Part shown: positions 1 through 8,146 of the stretch, piece after piece
Layout: each line of letters opens with the position of its first letter
How positions within the stretch are numbered: position 1 is the first letter of the stretch
Virus record (IMG/VR): IMGVR_UViG_3300016474_000309
Coordinates: 1-25,139 of that record
DNA: 25,139 nucleotides
Source of the DNA: a virus
Lineage: Duplodnaviria > Caudoviricetes
Reading direction: 5' to 3' (one strand)
Made by a program: the position numbers and the translations under genes
The notes under the pieces: model-generated
What the model saw: only the letters and a program-made list of their open reading frames with translations
The model's database searches: none
What the model was told of the DNA's origin: nothing

Positions 1-45
1 CGGTTTCTAATCCGTCGGCCAGTGGTTCGAATCCACTCAGGTGTA
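1..45 (+). tRNA. 3' half of a tRNA, probably tRNA-Arg(TCT); likely prophage attachment site (attL/attR)
   Basis: Perfect T-arm AGTGG-TTCGAAT-CCACT (21-37), 5-nt variable loop CGGCC (16-20), acceptor 3' strand CAGGTGT + discriminator A45, anticodon loop TT-TCT-AA (4-10). No encoded CCA. Truncated by the window edge and directly upstream of an integrase. Confidence 0.8.
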
Positions 46-160
46 CTAAACACAACCATTTGGTTTTACAAGTGATATGTTGTTGTGGTTCTTTTCATCA
101 ACCACAATCCGTATCGGAGTTTTCAGGTATATGTACTCAATAACCATCTTCAGCGACGAC

Positions 161-1198
161 ATGGGAAGACCCAAGAATCAGATCCCAACTCTGCGTCATC
201 ACAAGGTTTCCGGCCAATCGTTCATAGTTTGGGCCGGTCAGACTGTTTATTTAGGCAGTCACGGGTCTCTGGAGTCCATTGACAATTACAATGAAACCGT
301 CAAAAACATCAAGCTGTATGGCAAAACCGTTGTTGATAAAACTGACAAGGTGACGTTGAAAACGATCGGATTGAAGTATCTGGAATCACTACCTGAAAAC
401 TACCCGAAAACTTCCAAGGAACCGATCGCGATCCGCCGCGCCATTGAGGAGTTGATCCGTTGGTCAGGCGACGACCCGGCGGAGTCGTTCAAGCCTGCCA
501 AGTTTCTGGAGCTGAGAAAAACATGGGTCGATAAGGGCCGAAGCGTCAAGACCATCGGCAACTACCACAGCTATGTCCTCAATATGTTCCGCTGGGCGGC
601 CATCATGGAGCTTGTTCCGGCATCGGTTTGGCATGCACTTCAGGCCATACCGAAATTAAAACCGAACCGATCGCCGGCCAAGAATCCCAAGGTAATCCAT
701 CCGGTTGAGTGGAAGGACGTGGAGGCGGTCAAGCCGTTTGTGGCCACGCAGGTCTGGGACATGATCCTGCTTCAATGGTGGACAGCCATGAGGTCAGGCG
801 AGTTGCTCAGCATGACGCTGGCAGAAGTTGAGGATGGTGTTTACCGGCCGGCCAAGCATAAGAATGCCTGGCGAGGCCACAAGCGAGAGGTGTTTATTGG
901 CCCAAGAGCCAAGCCGATCATTCAGAAATATTCGAAAGGCAAAGATCCGCATGAATTGCTATTCACCGGATACACCAATAACTCCTATGGGAGGGCCATC
1001 AAAAGAGCGTGCAAGCGTGCCGGCATCGACTATTGGCACCCGCACCAGTTGCGCCACGCTGCCGCCGATCGTGCCCGCGATGCGTTTGGCCTTGATGCGG
1101 CACAGGCGGTACTGGGCCACAAGACAGCAAACACCACTGAGATATATGCCAAGGTGAAAAGAACTTTGGCCAAGAAGGCTGCGGAAGATCTAGGATAA
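161..1198 (+). CDS. int: Tyrosine recombinase (phage integrase)
   Basis: Catalytic motifs MRSGE (R), KHK (K), HQLRH (HxxR), LGH, EIY (Y). N-terminal 'PTLRHHKVSGQSFIVWAGQTVYLG' resembles the arm-binding domain of planctomycete integrases. The ATG at 161 (MGRPK) is preferred over the TTG at 77. Confidence 0.95.
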   Translation: MGRPKNQIPTLRHHKVSGQSFIVWAGQTVYLGSHGSLESIDNYNETVKNIKLYGKTVVDKTDKVTLKTIGLKYLESLPENYPKTSKEPIAIRRAIEELIRWSGDDPAESFKPAKFLELRKTWVDKGRSVKTIGNYHSYVLNMFRWAAIMELVPASVWHALQAIPKLKPNRSPAKNPKVIHPVEWKDVEAVKPFVATQVWDMILLQWWTAMRSGELLSMTLAEVEDGVYRPAKHKNAWRGHKREVFIGPRAKPIIQKYSKGKDPHELLFTGYTNNSYGRAIKRACKRAGIDYWHPHQLRHAAADRARDAFGLDAAQAVLGHKTANTTEIYAKVKRTLAKKAAEDLG

Positions 1199-1379
1199 TC
1201 GTCATGAACCATACATTTACACAGGTAAACGATTTGTACAGACTGAGAAACACTGTTAAGCCTGGGGGGGGGGTAAGATGGGTTAAATCTTGCGTTGAGC
1301 CTGATTTAGTCGGTGACGTCCAAAGGTCATGACGTTTTCAATGTTTCATGGAAGTTGGTTGTCAAATGAGGTAAGTCCG

Positions 1380-1532
1380 ATGCGTGCTATTCACTATCTT
1401 GTTCTGTCGGCCGGCTTGTATTCGGCCGTAGCCTGCTTTATTGGTTGGGCCTGCTTATTTCTGGCACCGTTTTGGGTAGCTCATTTATTGATGATTTCCT
1501 TTGACTGGTGGACCGATCGCCCTTGGGCATGA
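1380..1532 (+). CDS. Small hydrophobic membrane protein (50 aa)
   Basis: GAGG RBS upstream of ATG 1380. MRAIHYLVLSAGLYSAVACFIGWACLFLAPFWVAHLLMISFDWW is almost entirely hydrophobic (1-2 TM segments). Confidence 0.55.
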   Translation: MRAIHYLVLSAGLYSAVACFIGWACLFLAPFWVAHLLMISFDWWTDRPWA

Positions 1533-1950
1533 GTTGGTAGGTTTGTTCCTGGCCGCAAGGAAGCGGCTGGGCGGGTGGCTTGTATAACGGGACAAACCTT
1601 GGGACATTTTAGACCGCTTTTAGACATGGCTGTTTTTGCTACCATTGTCAAGCAAAGGTTTTGCGGCAAATAAAACGAGGACATTCATGCAGACATTTGA
1701 AGAGACAGCTTGGCATGGACGACAACCAAGAGCCAGATCCGTCTTATTAAAATTTTCGGCCGTTTTCTTTAATAAGACACCCCCTTGTTAAAATTTATGC
1801 CATCAAATTAAAATACACGCTCACAAACCGGCGGCAGTGCCGGGGCTGGAGCTTGACGGCCGCCATGTGGTGGCGAGGCTCAATCGGCCAGAAGACGAGG
1901 ATTCTTTTTTGAGATGGTGAGTCGGAACGTTGTTGAATTCCAAGGATGGA

Positions 1951-1976
1951 AGGCCGCCATGATGGCGGCTTTTTTT
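1951..1976 (+). terminator. Rho-independent terminator
   Basis: GCCGCCA-TGA-TGGCGGC stem followed by T7. Confidence 0.8.
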
Positions 1977-1980
1977 GTTT

Positions 1981-2021
1981 GGCCAATTCCGGCCAATTCG
2001 TGGCCAATTCGCCGGCCAATT
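1981..2021. repeat. Four tandem GGCCAATT(C) direct repeats
   Basis: Copies start at 1981, 1991, 2002 and 2014 (periods 10, 11 and 12 bp). Confidence 0.85.
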
Positions 2022-2232
2022 ATTCTTCGGCCGCGTCGATCAGTCGCCTGATCCACTCCGCCGACGTGCAGCCAGCCTTTGCAGCCAGTCGGGCCAGTTT
2101 CGATTTTTGATCCGGCGAGAGCGATACCGGGAATTGCGGTTGCCTACCTTCGCCGAGCTTTGCGACCTTCTTCGGCGGCTTTGGCTCGTTGGTGCGAGGC
2201 CGGCCTCGGCCTCGCTTGGTGGTGTCGTCCAT
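2020..2232 (-). CDS. Small DNA-binding protein (AT-hook-like GRGRPR plus ribbon-helix-helix)
   Basis: KRGRGRPR motif, then QFPVSLSPDQKSKLARLAAKAGCTSAEWIRRLI, which has the RHH/CopG strand-helix-helix pattern. Confidence 0.75.
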   Translation of the reverse strand: MDDTTKRGRGRPRTNEPKPPKKVAKLGEGRQPQFPVSLSPDQKSKLARLAAKAGCTSAEWIRRLIDAAEE

Positions 2233-2354
2233 TGATGCTGATGCTGTTCAGGCTGCTGGGCCAGGGTGAGACTGGCACCAAAGAATGAGATGGTCACTGT
2301 CCATGCGGCCATAATACTATCCTCCGTGATTGGTAGAAAGAGCGTGGTTGTTTG

Positions 2355-2537
2355 TCAGGCGGCAAAGATTACCCATCGTTTGCCGTTGTCGTGGATCAGG
2401 TCAACGTCGATGCCGATCATCTCGGCCAGTGTGTTGGCAAAGACGACTTTTTCCACTTCCACCCGATCGGCTTTGCGGAATGCGTCCCATGTGCGGATGC
2501 GTGTTGGGATGCGGTTGTAGATCTCGTTGACGGTCAT
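2355..2537 (-). CDS. Hypothetical protein (60 aa)
   Basis: AAGGAG RBS and a consensus sigma70 promoter upstream. Confidence 0.65.
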   Translation of the reverse strand: MTVNEIYNRIPTRIRTWDAFRKADRVEVEKVVFANTLAEMIGIDVDLIHDNGKRWVIFAA

Positions 2538-2583
2538 GGCTTGCTCCTTATTTCCGATCGGTCACGTTTGACCTTACACTTAT

Positions 2584-2612
2584 ATAATCGTCTATGTAGC
2601 ATTACTTGTCAA
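2584..2612 (-). promoter_or_regulatory. Sigma70-type promoter for the small-gene operon
   Basis: TTGACA (2612-2607) - 17 nt - GATTAT (2589-2584), with an AT-rich UP-like region upstream. Confidence 0.7.
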
Positions 2613-2736
2613 GATATTTATGCGAAAATTTCCAAAGTTTTTTGAAAAGGCGGTCAGATCTTGATCCATGTGCCGTGCGACCACGCGGGTCCGGTGGCGG
2701 GTGTGACGGTCAGGATGACGTGATATGTGCCGGATG

Positions 2737-4413
2737 TCACCCAGTTTGAAACACCGTTCTTGATACACGGCCATCAAACGTGATGGCGACAGTGTAAGAT
2801 CCCGAAGTTGAATATGTGTGAGATATAGACGCTAAGGCAGCTACGGACACTGGAGAAGAACCATCTCCAAAATCAATTGTGGCATTGGCCCCCATATTTG
2901 TTGGGAACACAGCAGTCCACGTCATGGTCTTTCCGTTTCGAGAAGTTAAGTTCATGGTGGCAAACGGATATGTATCTTCTCCGGTTGAACCCCACGGGTA
3001 GATGTTGGCGTTGGCCGTGCAAGTTGGATACTGAAGAGTGACACCTTCCACCGTTGGCGGCGGGTTAAAAAACCACAAACTGGGAAAATATCCCGATCCT
3101 GCTACTATGTTTTTCCACGTGTTCTGGCCAACCAAAACGTTGTTGTAGTAATAGGCGCAATGAACCCAAAGGATTTGAGATTGGTCACGGCTTGTGGACC
3201 AAGTAAACCCAGGCACGTTGGAATACGTTGGGTCCACGTTAAATATTTCATCTCCGCCTGCAAAGCACGTTGTAACAGTAGAACCCGAAACCATCAAGCA
3301 ATCGTCGGGAGGACGGACTCCAAAATCTCCTTGAAGATACTCATCAATCCCGATTGCCCACGGGTCGGGGTATGGATCATCCGGCTGAGTGCCGTCTGGG
3401 TTTTGTGGCAACACGTACCATGTTTTTACAACCATGCTTAAATTGACAGGGTTGTAAGTGGGGTTTTCTTCAAACCATTTCATTAGCCAAAACGATTGGC
3501 CGCCCGCATGTTGAAGTGTTCGATTCCAAACAATTTGCCCTTGGGGGTTAACAGAGTACCATTTTTGTCCAGCTTGATAAAACGGGGCTTGTGGGTCTGG
3601 ACCGGCTACATACGGGTTATCCCAAAACTCCAAGTTTTGAGCATACATGTAAGTCTCTACCGCTGCCCATTGATTTTGATATGACGAATCCGACAAGACC
3701 GCAAACCACGTTTGAAGTTTTACCCGAATGACGCGAGAACCGTCCAGAAATATGTAAGACTCCGAAGGCACGCGGGCCGCAATTGAGTTTTCAACAATCG
3801 CCGAATCTTTGTTGGTAAACCCGGCCGAATACGGTAAATTTCCTACAAATTCAATTTTACAATTGCCTAGCGAATTCACATTCAACGATTGTGGCAAAGC
3901 GCCCTGAGCATCATCAGAGCCGTATCCGTACAAATAGCCCAATTTAATTGGGCCTTGGAAATAGGCTACGCATGTGGACGCAGGAACATTTCCGCACGGA
4001 GAAAACTCGTCAGCTGGCTGAAGTGACCTCGCTGTATTTCCTAAAGTCCATAATCCCTTAAATGCTAAATCTGGCCCATAAACAGGCGGGCTTAACGGTG
4101 CTGAATTGCCAATGTTGGCGGCGTGCAAAACAAAAGATTGCCATGCACCACCAACGTCGTTTGGCACCTGTTGAACAGTTGGCAAATCCAAATAAGGATC
4201 AATTGTAGGGGCCAGCACTTGCGGAGAGCCGTACAACGTGTTGAAAAATCCTTGCCACGCAAAACCAGCATATCCACGTGCTTGCCGTAAAAGTCCGTTA
4301 TTGTCTGTGAATTGAAACAGGCGAAAGTCTTGAATGTTTTCCAAATATGGTTTGTTGGGCGCCACGGGGTTCACGACCCATTGGCCCTCTGTGTTTTTAA
4401 CATCCAGCCACAA
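2737..4413 (-). CDS. Putative receptor-binding/tail tip protein with C-terminal PKD domain (probably the 3' part of a frameshift fusion with 4488-4796)
   Basis: Last tail gene, aromatic/Pro-rich, lower GC than its neighbours. C-terminal IDFGDGS...SHTYSTSGSYTVAIT is the PKD signature. The frame stays open upstream to the T9 run at 4490-4498. Confidence 0.75.
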   Translation of the reverse strand: MWLDVKNTEGQWVVNPVAPNKPYLENIQDFRLFQFTDNNGLLRQARGYAGFAWQGFFNTLYGSPQVLAPTIDPYLDLPTVQQVPNDVGGAWQSFVLHAANIGNSAPLSPPVYGPDLAFKGLWTLGNTARSLQPADEFSPCGNVPASTCVAYFQGPIKLGYLYGYGSDDAQGALPQSLNVNSLGNCKIEFVGNLPYSAGFTNKDSAIVENSIAARVPSESYIFLDGSRVIRVKLQTWFAVLSDSSYQNQWAAVETYMYAQNLEFWDNPYVAGPDPQAPFYQAGQKWYSVNPQGQIVWNRTLQHAGGQSFWLMKWFEENPTYNPVNLSMVVKTWYVLPQNPDGTQPDDPYPDPWAIGIDEYLQGDFGVRPPDDCLMVSGSTVTTCFAGGDEIFNVDPTYSNVPGFTWSTSRDQSQILWVHCAYYYNNVLVGQNTWKNIVAGSGYFPSLWFFNPPPTVEGVTLQYPTCTANANIYPWGSTGEDTYPFATMNLTSRNGKTMTWTAVFPTNMGANATIDFGDGSSPVSVAALASISHTYSTSGSYTVAITFDGRVSRTVFQTG

Positions 4414-4487
4414 ATATTCCAGTGTTCCTGCTATTCCCCAAAACGTTGATGGAATAGGCGGGGCAACAGGAACGCATCCCGTTTTTC

Positions 4488-4796
4488 TTAAAAAAAAAGC
4501 GGTTGACCCGTGTTTTGATCGCGTTTGGCTCGATAGACCCAGCCGACTGTGGCGGACTGATTGTTCATCTCAAAAGCCGGATCAAAGCCGGGTGCACCTT
4601 TTTGGCTGGTCTCCTGCCAAGAGCCATCGGCCGCACGTGTGACGCGGGTCCAAGAATACTGCGTGACGCTGCCGACCACGGTGGACGCGGTGATCTTGAT
4701 CGTGAACTCGCCAGGGTCGATTTGTTGCAGCGTGACGCCGTTGGGAGTCACGCACCCGCGTAGGCCATTTAAGTTCAGGGCTTTTCGTTCACTCAT
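4488..4796 (-). CDS. Tail tip adaptor / N-terminal part of the receptor-binding protein
   Basis: ATGA-coupled to the upstream gene. Ends ...PLFF* within a T9 run. Confidence 0.7.
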   Translation of the reverse strand: MSERKALNLNGLRGCVTPNGVTLQQIDPGEFTIKITASTVVGSVTQYSWTRVTRAADGSWQETSQKGAPGFDPAFEMNNQSATVGWVYRAKRDQNTGQPLFF

Positions 4797-5302
4797 GTCG
4801 TTGGTGGAGCTGACCCACCCCTCACGTAATCGTATTGGGCCACCGTTGGAATGCCGGTGAGCGTGTAAGAGAACGAGATCTTGGAGACGTCGTTGACATC
4901 AGCCGAGACCTTGATATTGGAGAAGTAGCCAAAGCAGGCGTGATAGACCGTGCCCACCAGCACCTTGAAATAGTATTGGCCAGATGTGAATGGTGTGATG
5001 GCACCGGAATAGGTCGGCACCACCGAGGACGGTTGCACGTAACCTTCCACGGTGCCCGAGAGCGTTGCGTTCTCCACCCAGCCATCCACAAAACCGTTGA
5101 AGGCCGTGGTGGGTGCCGTGGCCACAGTGGCCGATTCTTCCACAGAGATGGTGCCATTCAAAATCGAGTTGAGCGTTGTGGGAACGCTGCCATCAGACGG
5201 GGCCGGTGCAAAGCCAAACCACTGGAAGCTCACGCGCTGGCCGGCCATGTTTTTAAGGCCGGCACCAGTGAAAACCGTGTTGGTGTAAACAATCGCCGCC
5301 AT
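4793..5302 (-). CDS. Tail protein with tube-like fold (distal tail / tube paralog)
   Basis: Beta-rich. Motifs GTISVEESAT..TAPTT and KVSADVNDVSKISFSYTLTG parallel those of the tube protein at 8588-9043. Confidence 0.6.
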   Translation of the reverse strand: MAAIVYTNTVFTGAGLKNMAGQRVSFQWFGFAPAPSDGSVPTTLNSILNGTISVEESATVATAPTTAFNGFVDGWVENATLSGTVEGYVQPSSVVPTYSGAITPFTSGQYYFKVLVGTVYHACFGYFSNIKVSADVNDVSKISFSYTLTGIPTVAQYDYVRGGSAPPTT

Positions 5303-5314
5303 CGGATCACCTCA

Positions 5315-6511
5315 TCAGTACGGGTTGACGGTCGGGCTGGCCCAGACGGCGGCAGGGTCAAAACCGTAGAAAAAGAGCGTGGCGGCCGCCGATGTCCAGA
5401 AGTCCGCATACTGATAAACGCGGTTGAGATAACTGTCGTAGCTGTTGGTCAGGGTCAGGTTGGGATACATGCCGGCCGGTTGCAGCGTGCTGTTGGAGCC
5501 GTTGGACGTGGCCATTGGCGGCCGATACGTGGCCCAGCCGTAGCTTGTCTGCTTCCATGTGATGTTGCTGGTGGAGTTGCTGGTGGCCGCTGGTGTGATC
5601 GGGATCAAATTCCAGTCGCGGTCGCGGGCCGTGAAGTGGTGCGTGATCTTGTAGCCCATATAGCCCAGCGGGCTGATTGCGGACTCCACGTCAGAACCTT
5701 CATACAAGAGCGATCCGGCCGGCCACTGGACGGTATCATGCAGGTTGATCTTGCCACGCAGTGACCGCATCAAGGTCAGGTTGACCAGCGATGCGTCCAC
5801 CCAAGGGAACTCGATGGTGATCGTGTCCTTTGGCTCGATTAACGTCTGGCCTTTGGATAGCGGGTAAAGTTGCAGATAAGACCAGTTGGGATCGGTCCAC
5901 GTCGAGGTGTTGGCCGGCGTGCTGGCCGTGATCACGCTGATGCCGCTTCGGCCTGGCGTGTCGAGAGGGTAAGTGATGTTGCTCACCGTGCCGGTGCGGG
6001 TGTCCTGAATGCAGTACCCTGTCCGGTCGGCACCCATCTCCTGAAATTCGCCGGTGCCATTGACCGAGACATAGGCGCAGTTGATGCCAAACGAGTTGAC
6101 AGGCTTGAGCATCCATTCCACGTCCACGATGCACGTACCAGCGTTCTGAATCGTGTTGGAGGCTGTGCTGTTGCCGTTCCAGATGCCGTCGGCTGAATTA
6201 CCCGAGACGGAATCCATCGCGTTGGGTGCAAAGCCAGAGACGGGCTTGATGCTCATCCGCTGGCTGGTCAGTTGCGGGATCAGTGAATGTTCGATCTGGG
6301 TCTTGTAGGCATAGTCTGGCGATGGCGTTCCGCTGGTGGCGGCCGCTGCTGCGGCAAACCTCAGCTTCGGGTCGATCAGGTTGCGAGCCTTCAGCAGCGT
6401 GTCGGTGGTGTAAGGTGCACGCCATCGGCCGGAATAGGTCAAGGTGTTGGCCTCACCTGAGTATCCAAAGCCTTCGGTGTGCGGTATCCAGTTCTGGAAG
6501 ATCGTGGACAT
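5315..6511 (-). CDS. Tail tip/hub protein
   Basis: 398-aa beta-rich, S/T/N-rich protein immediately downstream of the tape measure gene (assigned by synteny). Confidence 0.65.
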   Translation of the reverse strand: MSTIFQNWIPHTEGFGYSGEANTLTYSGRWRAPYTTDTLLKARNLIDPKLRFAAAAAATSGTPSPDYAYKTQIEHSLIPQLTSQRMSIKPVSGFAPNAMDSVSGNSADGIWNGNSTASNTIQNAGTCIVDVEWMLKPVNSFGINCAYVSVNGTGEFQEMGADRTGYCIQDTRTGTVSNITYPLDTPGRSGISVITASTPANTSTWTDPNWSYLQLYPLSKGQTLIEPKDTITIEFPWVDASLVNLTLMRSLRGKINLHDTVQWPAGSLLYEGSDVESAISPLGYMGYKITHHFTARDRDWNLIPITPAATSNSTSNITWKQTSYGWATYRPPMATSNGSNSTLQPAGMYPNLTLTNSYDSYLNRVYQYADFWTSAAATLFFYGFDPAAVWASPTVNPY

Positions 6512-6513
6512 AA

Positions 6514-7935
6514 TTAAACTCCAAACGCTGTTTTTAAGCCGCCACGATCTGAGGCCAGCGTGGTCTTGCTGGTCACCGACTGCACGCCGGTATCCTTCGG
6601 CGATGTGTTTTGTGCGATCCGTTCCAGTACGGCCAACTGCTTGTCCGGCTTCTGACCAAAGACGCCAGAAAGCAGAGAGCTGAAGGCATGGCTGGATGCC
6701 TTCATGGCCGTGGAGACGGGTTGCTGCATGGCACCCAGTGCACCCGGGCCGGTCTTGGATCCGGTGTCGGCGGTGAACTTGGCCTTCAGGTCGTTGACCT
6801 GGGTATCCATCGCGGCCTTGGATGCGTCGATGCGGGCTTGTGCCTGGGCGTTTTCATCACGCAGGATCTGCTTGGCACCGCCCATGTCCTGCTTTTCAAC
6901 CAAGCCCAGCGTGAGCTTGTTGGCAACGGATGTGAGCGTTTCCCAGATCGACAGGAAAACGATGGAGATCTTGTTGGTCAGGATCTGCCATGTATCCGAT
7001 GCATTGACCAGATACGGCACGATGCTGGCGGCAAAGCCTGCCACAGAGGATGCCGCATTTGTCAGGGCCGTCACCATCGGCTGGATCAGGGCGTCGGCAG
7101 CAATTGAGATATAGCTGAAAGCCGTGTAAAGGTGTTCGCCAAGCTGCTTGAACGCACCGCCGTTGGCCACCTGCATGATGGTGTCGGCAAACTTGCCACG
7201 GAAGTATTCAAACGCCTGACCAACGATCAGCAGGTCTTGGCCGATGCGAGCAGATGCGGCGTTGGTCTTGGTGTCGGCAGCGCGGCCAAGGTTGGCATAG
7301 CCATATTTGGTGCGATCAAAATCGCCCTGCGCCCGCTGAGTCTTGGCCATGAACTTGTCGATGACATACTCGGCACGGGTCTTGCCGGAGGTGGCTTGAT
7401 CTTCCGCCGATGCATCCACGCCATACTTGCGGAGGATCTGAAACTCGCCCGCCATCGCCGAGGCAAGGTTTTCGCGGATCTGCTTGGAGTCGATATTATC
7501 CTGACTGGAAAGATCGGCCACGCGGGCCTCGACCTTTTCGGCCATGTTCTGGGCAATCTGTTTGCCGATCCCCTGGTTGGTCAACTGGTTGACCGTACCC
7601 ATGTAGGACTCAAGAATCTGGGCCTGATTGCCCAGCCCTTTCATCTCAAGCTCTTTGGCGAAATTCTTGGCACTATCGGCCGTGTCGCCCAAGAGAACAT
7701 CCGTCTTGGACAGGGTCTCGTTGAGCGTGGAAGCGTTTTCAATGCTGGAGCCGATGTTGTTGGCCACCAGCGAGAACGCACCGCCCACGCCCTTACTCAT
7801 GATGTTGCCAAGAGCTACAGCACCGACTTGCTTGGCAAAGCCAGAGACGGCTCCAAACGCCTTGGAGAGGCCAGCGGTCAGGCCGGAAAGATTGGTGCCG
7901 ATCGAGACGTAGAGCTTGGAGATCTCACCGGCCAT
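6514..7935 (-). CDS. Tail tape measure protein (473 aa)
   Basis: N-terminal MAGEISKLYVSIGTNLSGL is typical of TMPs. Ala/Gly-rich helical sequence following the chaperone pair. Confidence 0.9.
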   Translation of the reverse strand: MAGEISKLYVSIGTNLSGLTAGLSKAFGAVSGFAKQVGAVALGNIMSKGVGGAFSLVANNIGSSIENASTLNETLSKTDVLLGDTADSAKNFAKELEMKGLGNQAQILESYMGTVNQLTNQGIGKQIAQNMAEKVEARVADLSSQDNIDSKQIRENLASAMAGEFQILRKYGVDASAEDQATSGKTRAEYVIDKFMAKTQRAQGDFDRTKYGYANLGRAADTKTNAASARIGQDLLIVGQAFEYFRGKFADTIMQVANGGAFKQLGEHLYTAFSYISIAADALIQPMVTALTNAASSVAGFAASIVPYLVNASDTWQILTNKISIVFLSIWETLTSVANKLTLGLVEKQDMGGAKQILRDENAQAQARIDASKAAMDTQVNDLKAKFTADTGSKTGPGALGAMQQPVSTAMKASSHAFSSLLSGVFGQKPDKQLAVLERIAQNTSPKDTGVQSVTSKTTLASDRGGLKTAFGV

Positions 7936-8146
7936 CGCTAAACATCTCCTTGATCGACTCGATTAACTCATGCCGCGTGTGTGGCTGTAATAATCCCGGC
8001 GGATCAGATTCAGGCGTCACCAGTGCGATGGCCTGAATCGGCGTGAGGTTCAGCACCTCTCGATAACTCATGTGGTACTCGACCACCAGAAAGCGGATCA
8101 GTTGGTGCCAGTTGACTGGGTCGCCTGATCCGCTGCCGGGTTTGGG
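7925..8146 (-). CDS. Tail assembly chaperone C-terminal extension (gpGT, -1 frameshift frame)
   Basis: The -1 frame reads PKPGSGSGDPVNWHQLIRFLVVEYHMSYREVLNLTPIQ, a typical gpT 'evl.Lt..q' pattern, entered at the CCCAAAC slippery site. Confidence 0.8.
   Translation of the reverse strand, partial: PKPGSGSGDPVNWHQLIRFLVVEYHMSYREVLNLTPIQAIALVTPESDPPGLLQPHTRHELIESIKEMFSDGR

Noticed and set aside
77-160. 28-codon N-terminal extension of the integrase from TTG 77 (and similar extensions at 10768-10839, 13782-13955, 15372-15497)
   Set aside because: Downstream ATGs have a better RBS or ATGA coupling and match family N-termini. The extensions overlap other genes or structured RNA.
1546-1572. SRP RNA domain IV-like motif (CCGCAAGGAAGC)
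   Set aside because: Lacks the CAGG/AGCA symmetric loop and the long flanking helix. Likely chance.
2248-2250. Stop-codon reassignment or readthrough suggested by the in-frame TGA upstream of the RHH gene
   Set aside because: TGA, TAA and TAG all act as normal stops at conserved gene ends, and conserved genes are uninterrupted.
2737-4413. Diversity-generating retroelement or invertible shufflon acting on the receptor-binding gene
   Set aside because: No reverse transcriptase, template/variable repeat pair, invertase or inverted crossover sites seen in the window.
8140-8146. Chaperone -1 frameshift as a novelty
   Set aside because: Real, but a well-established conserved feature of long-tailed phages. 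Listed as a feature only.
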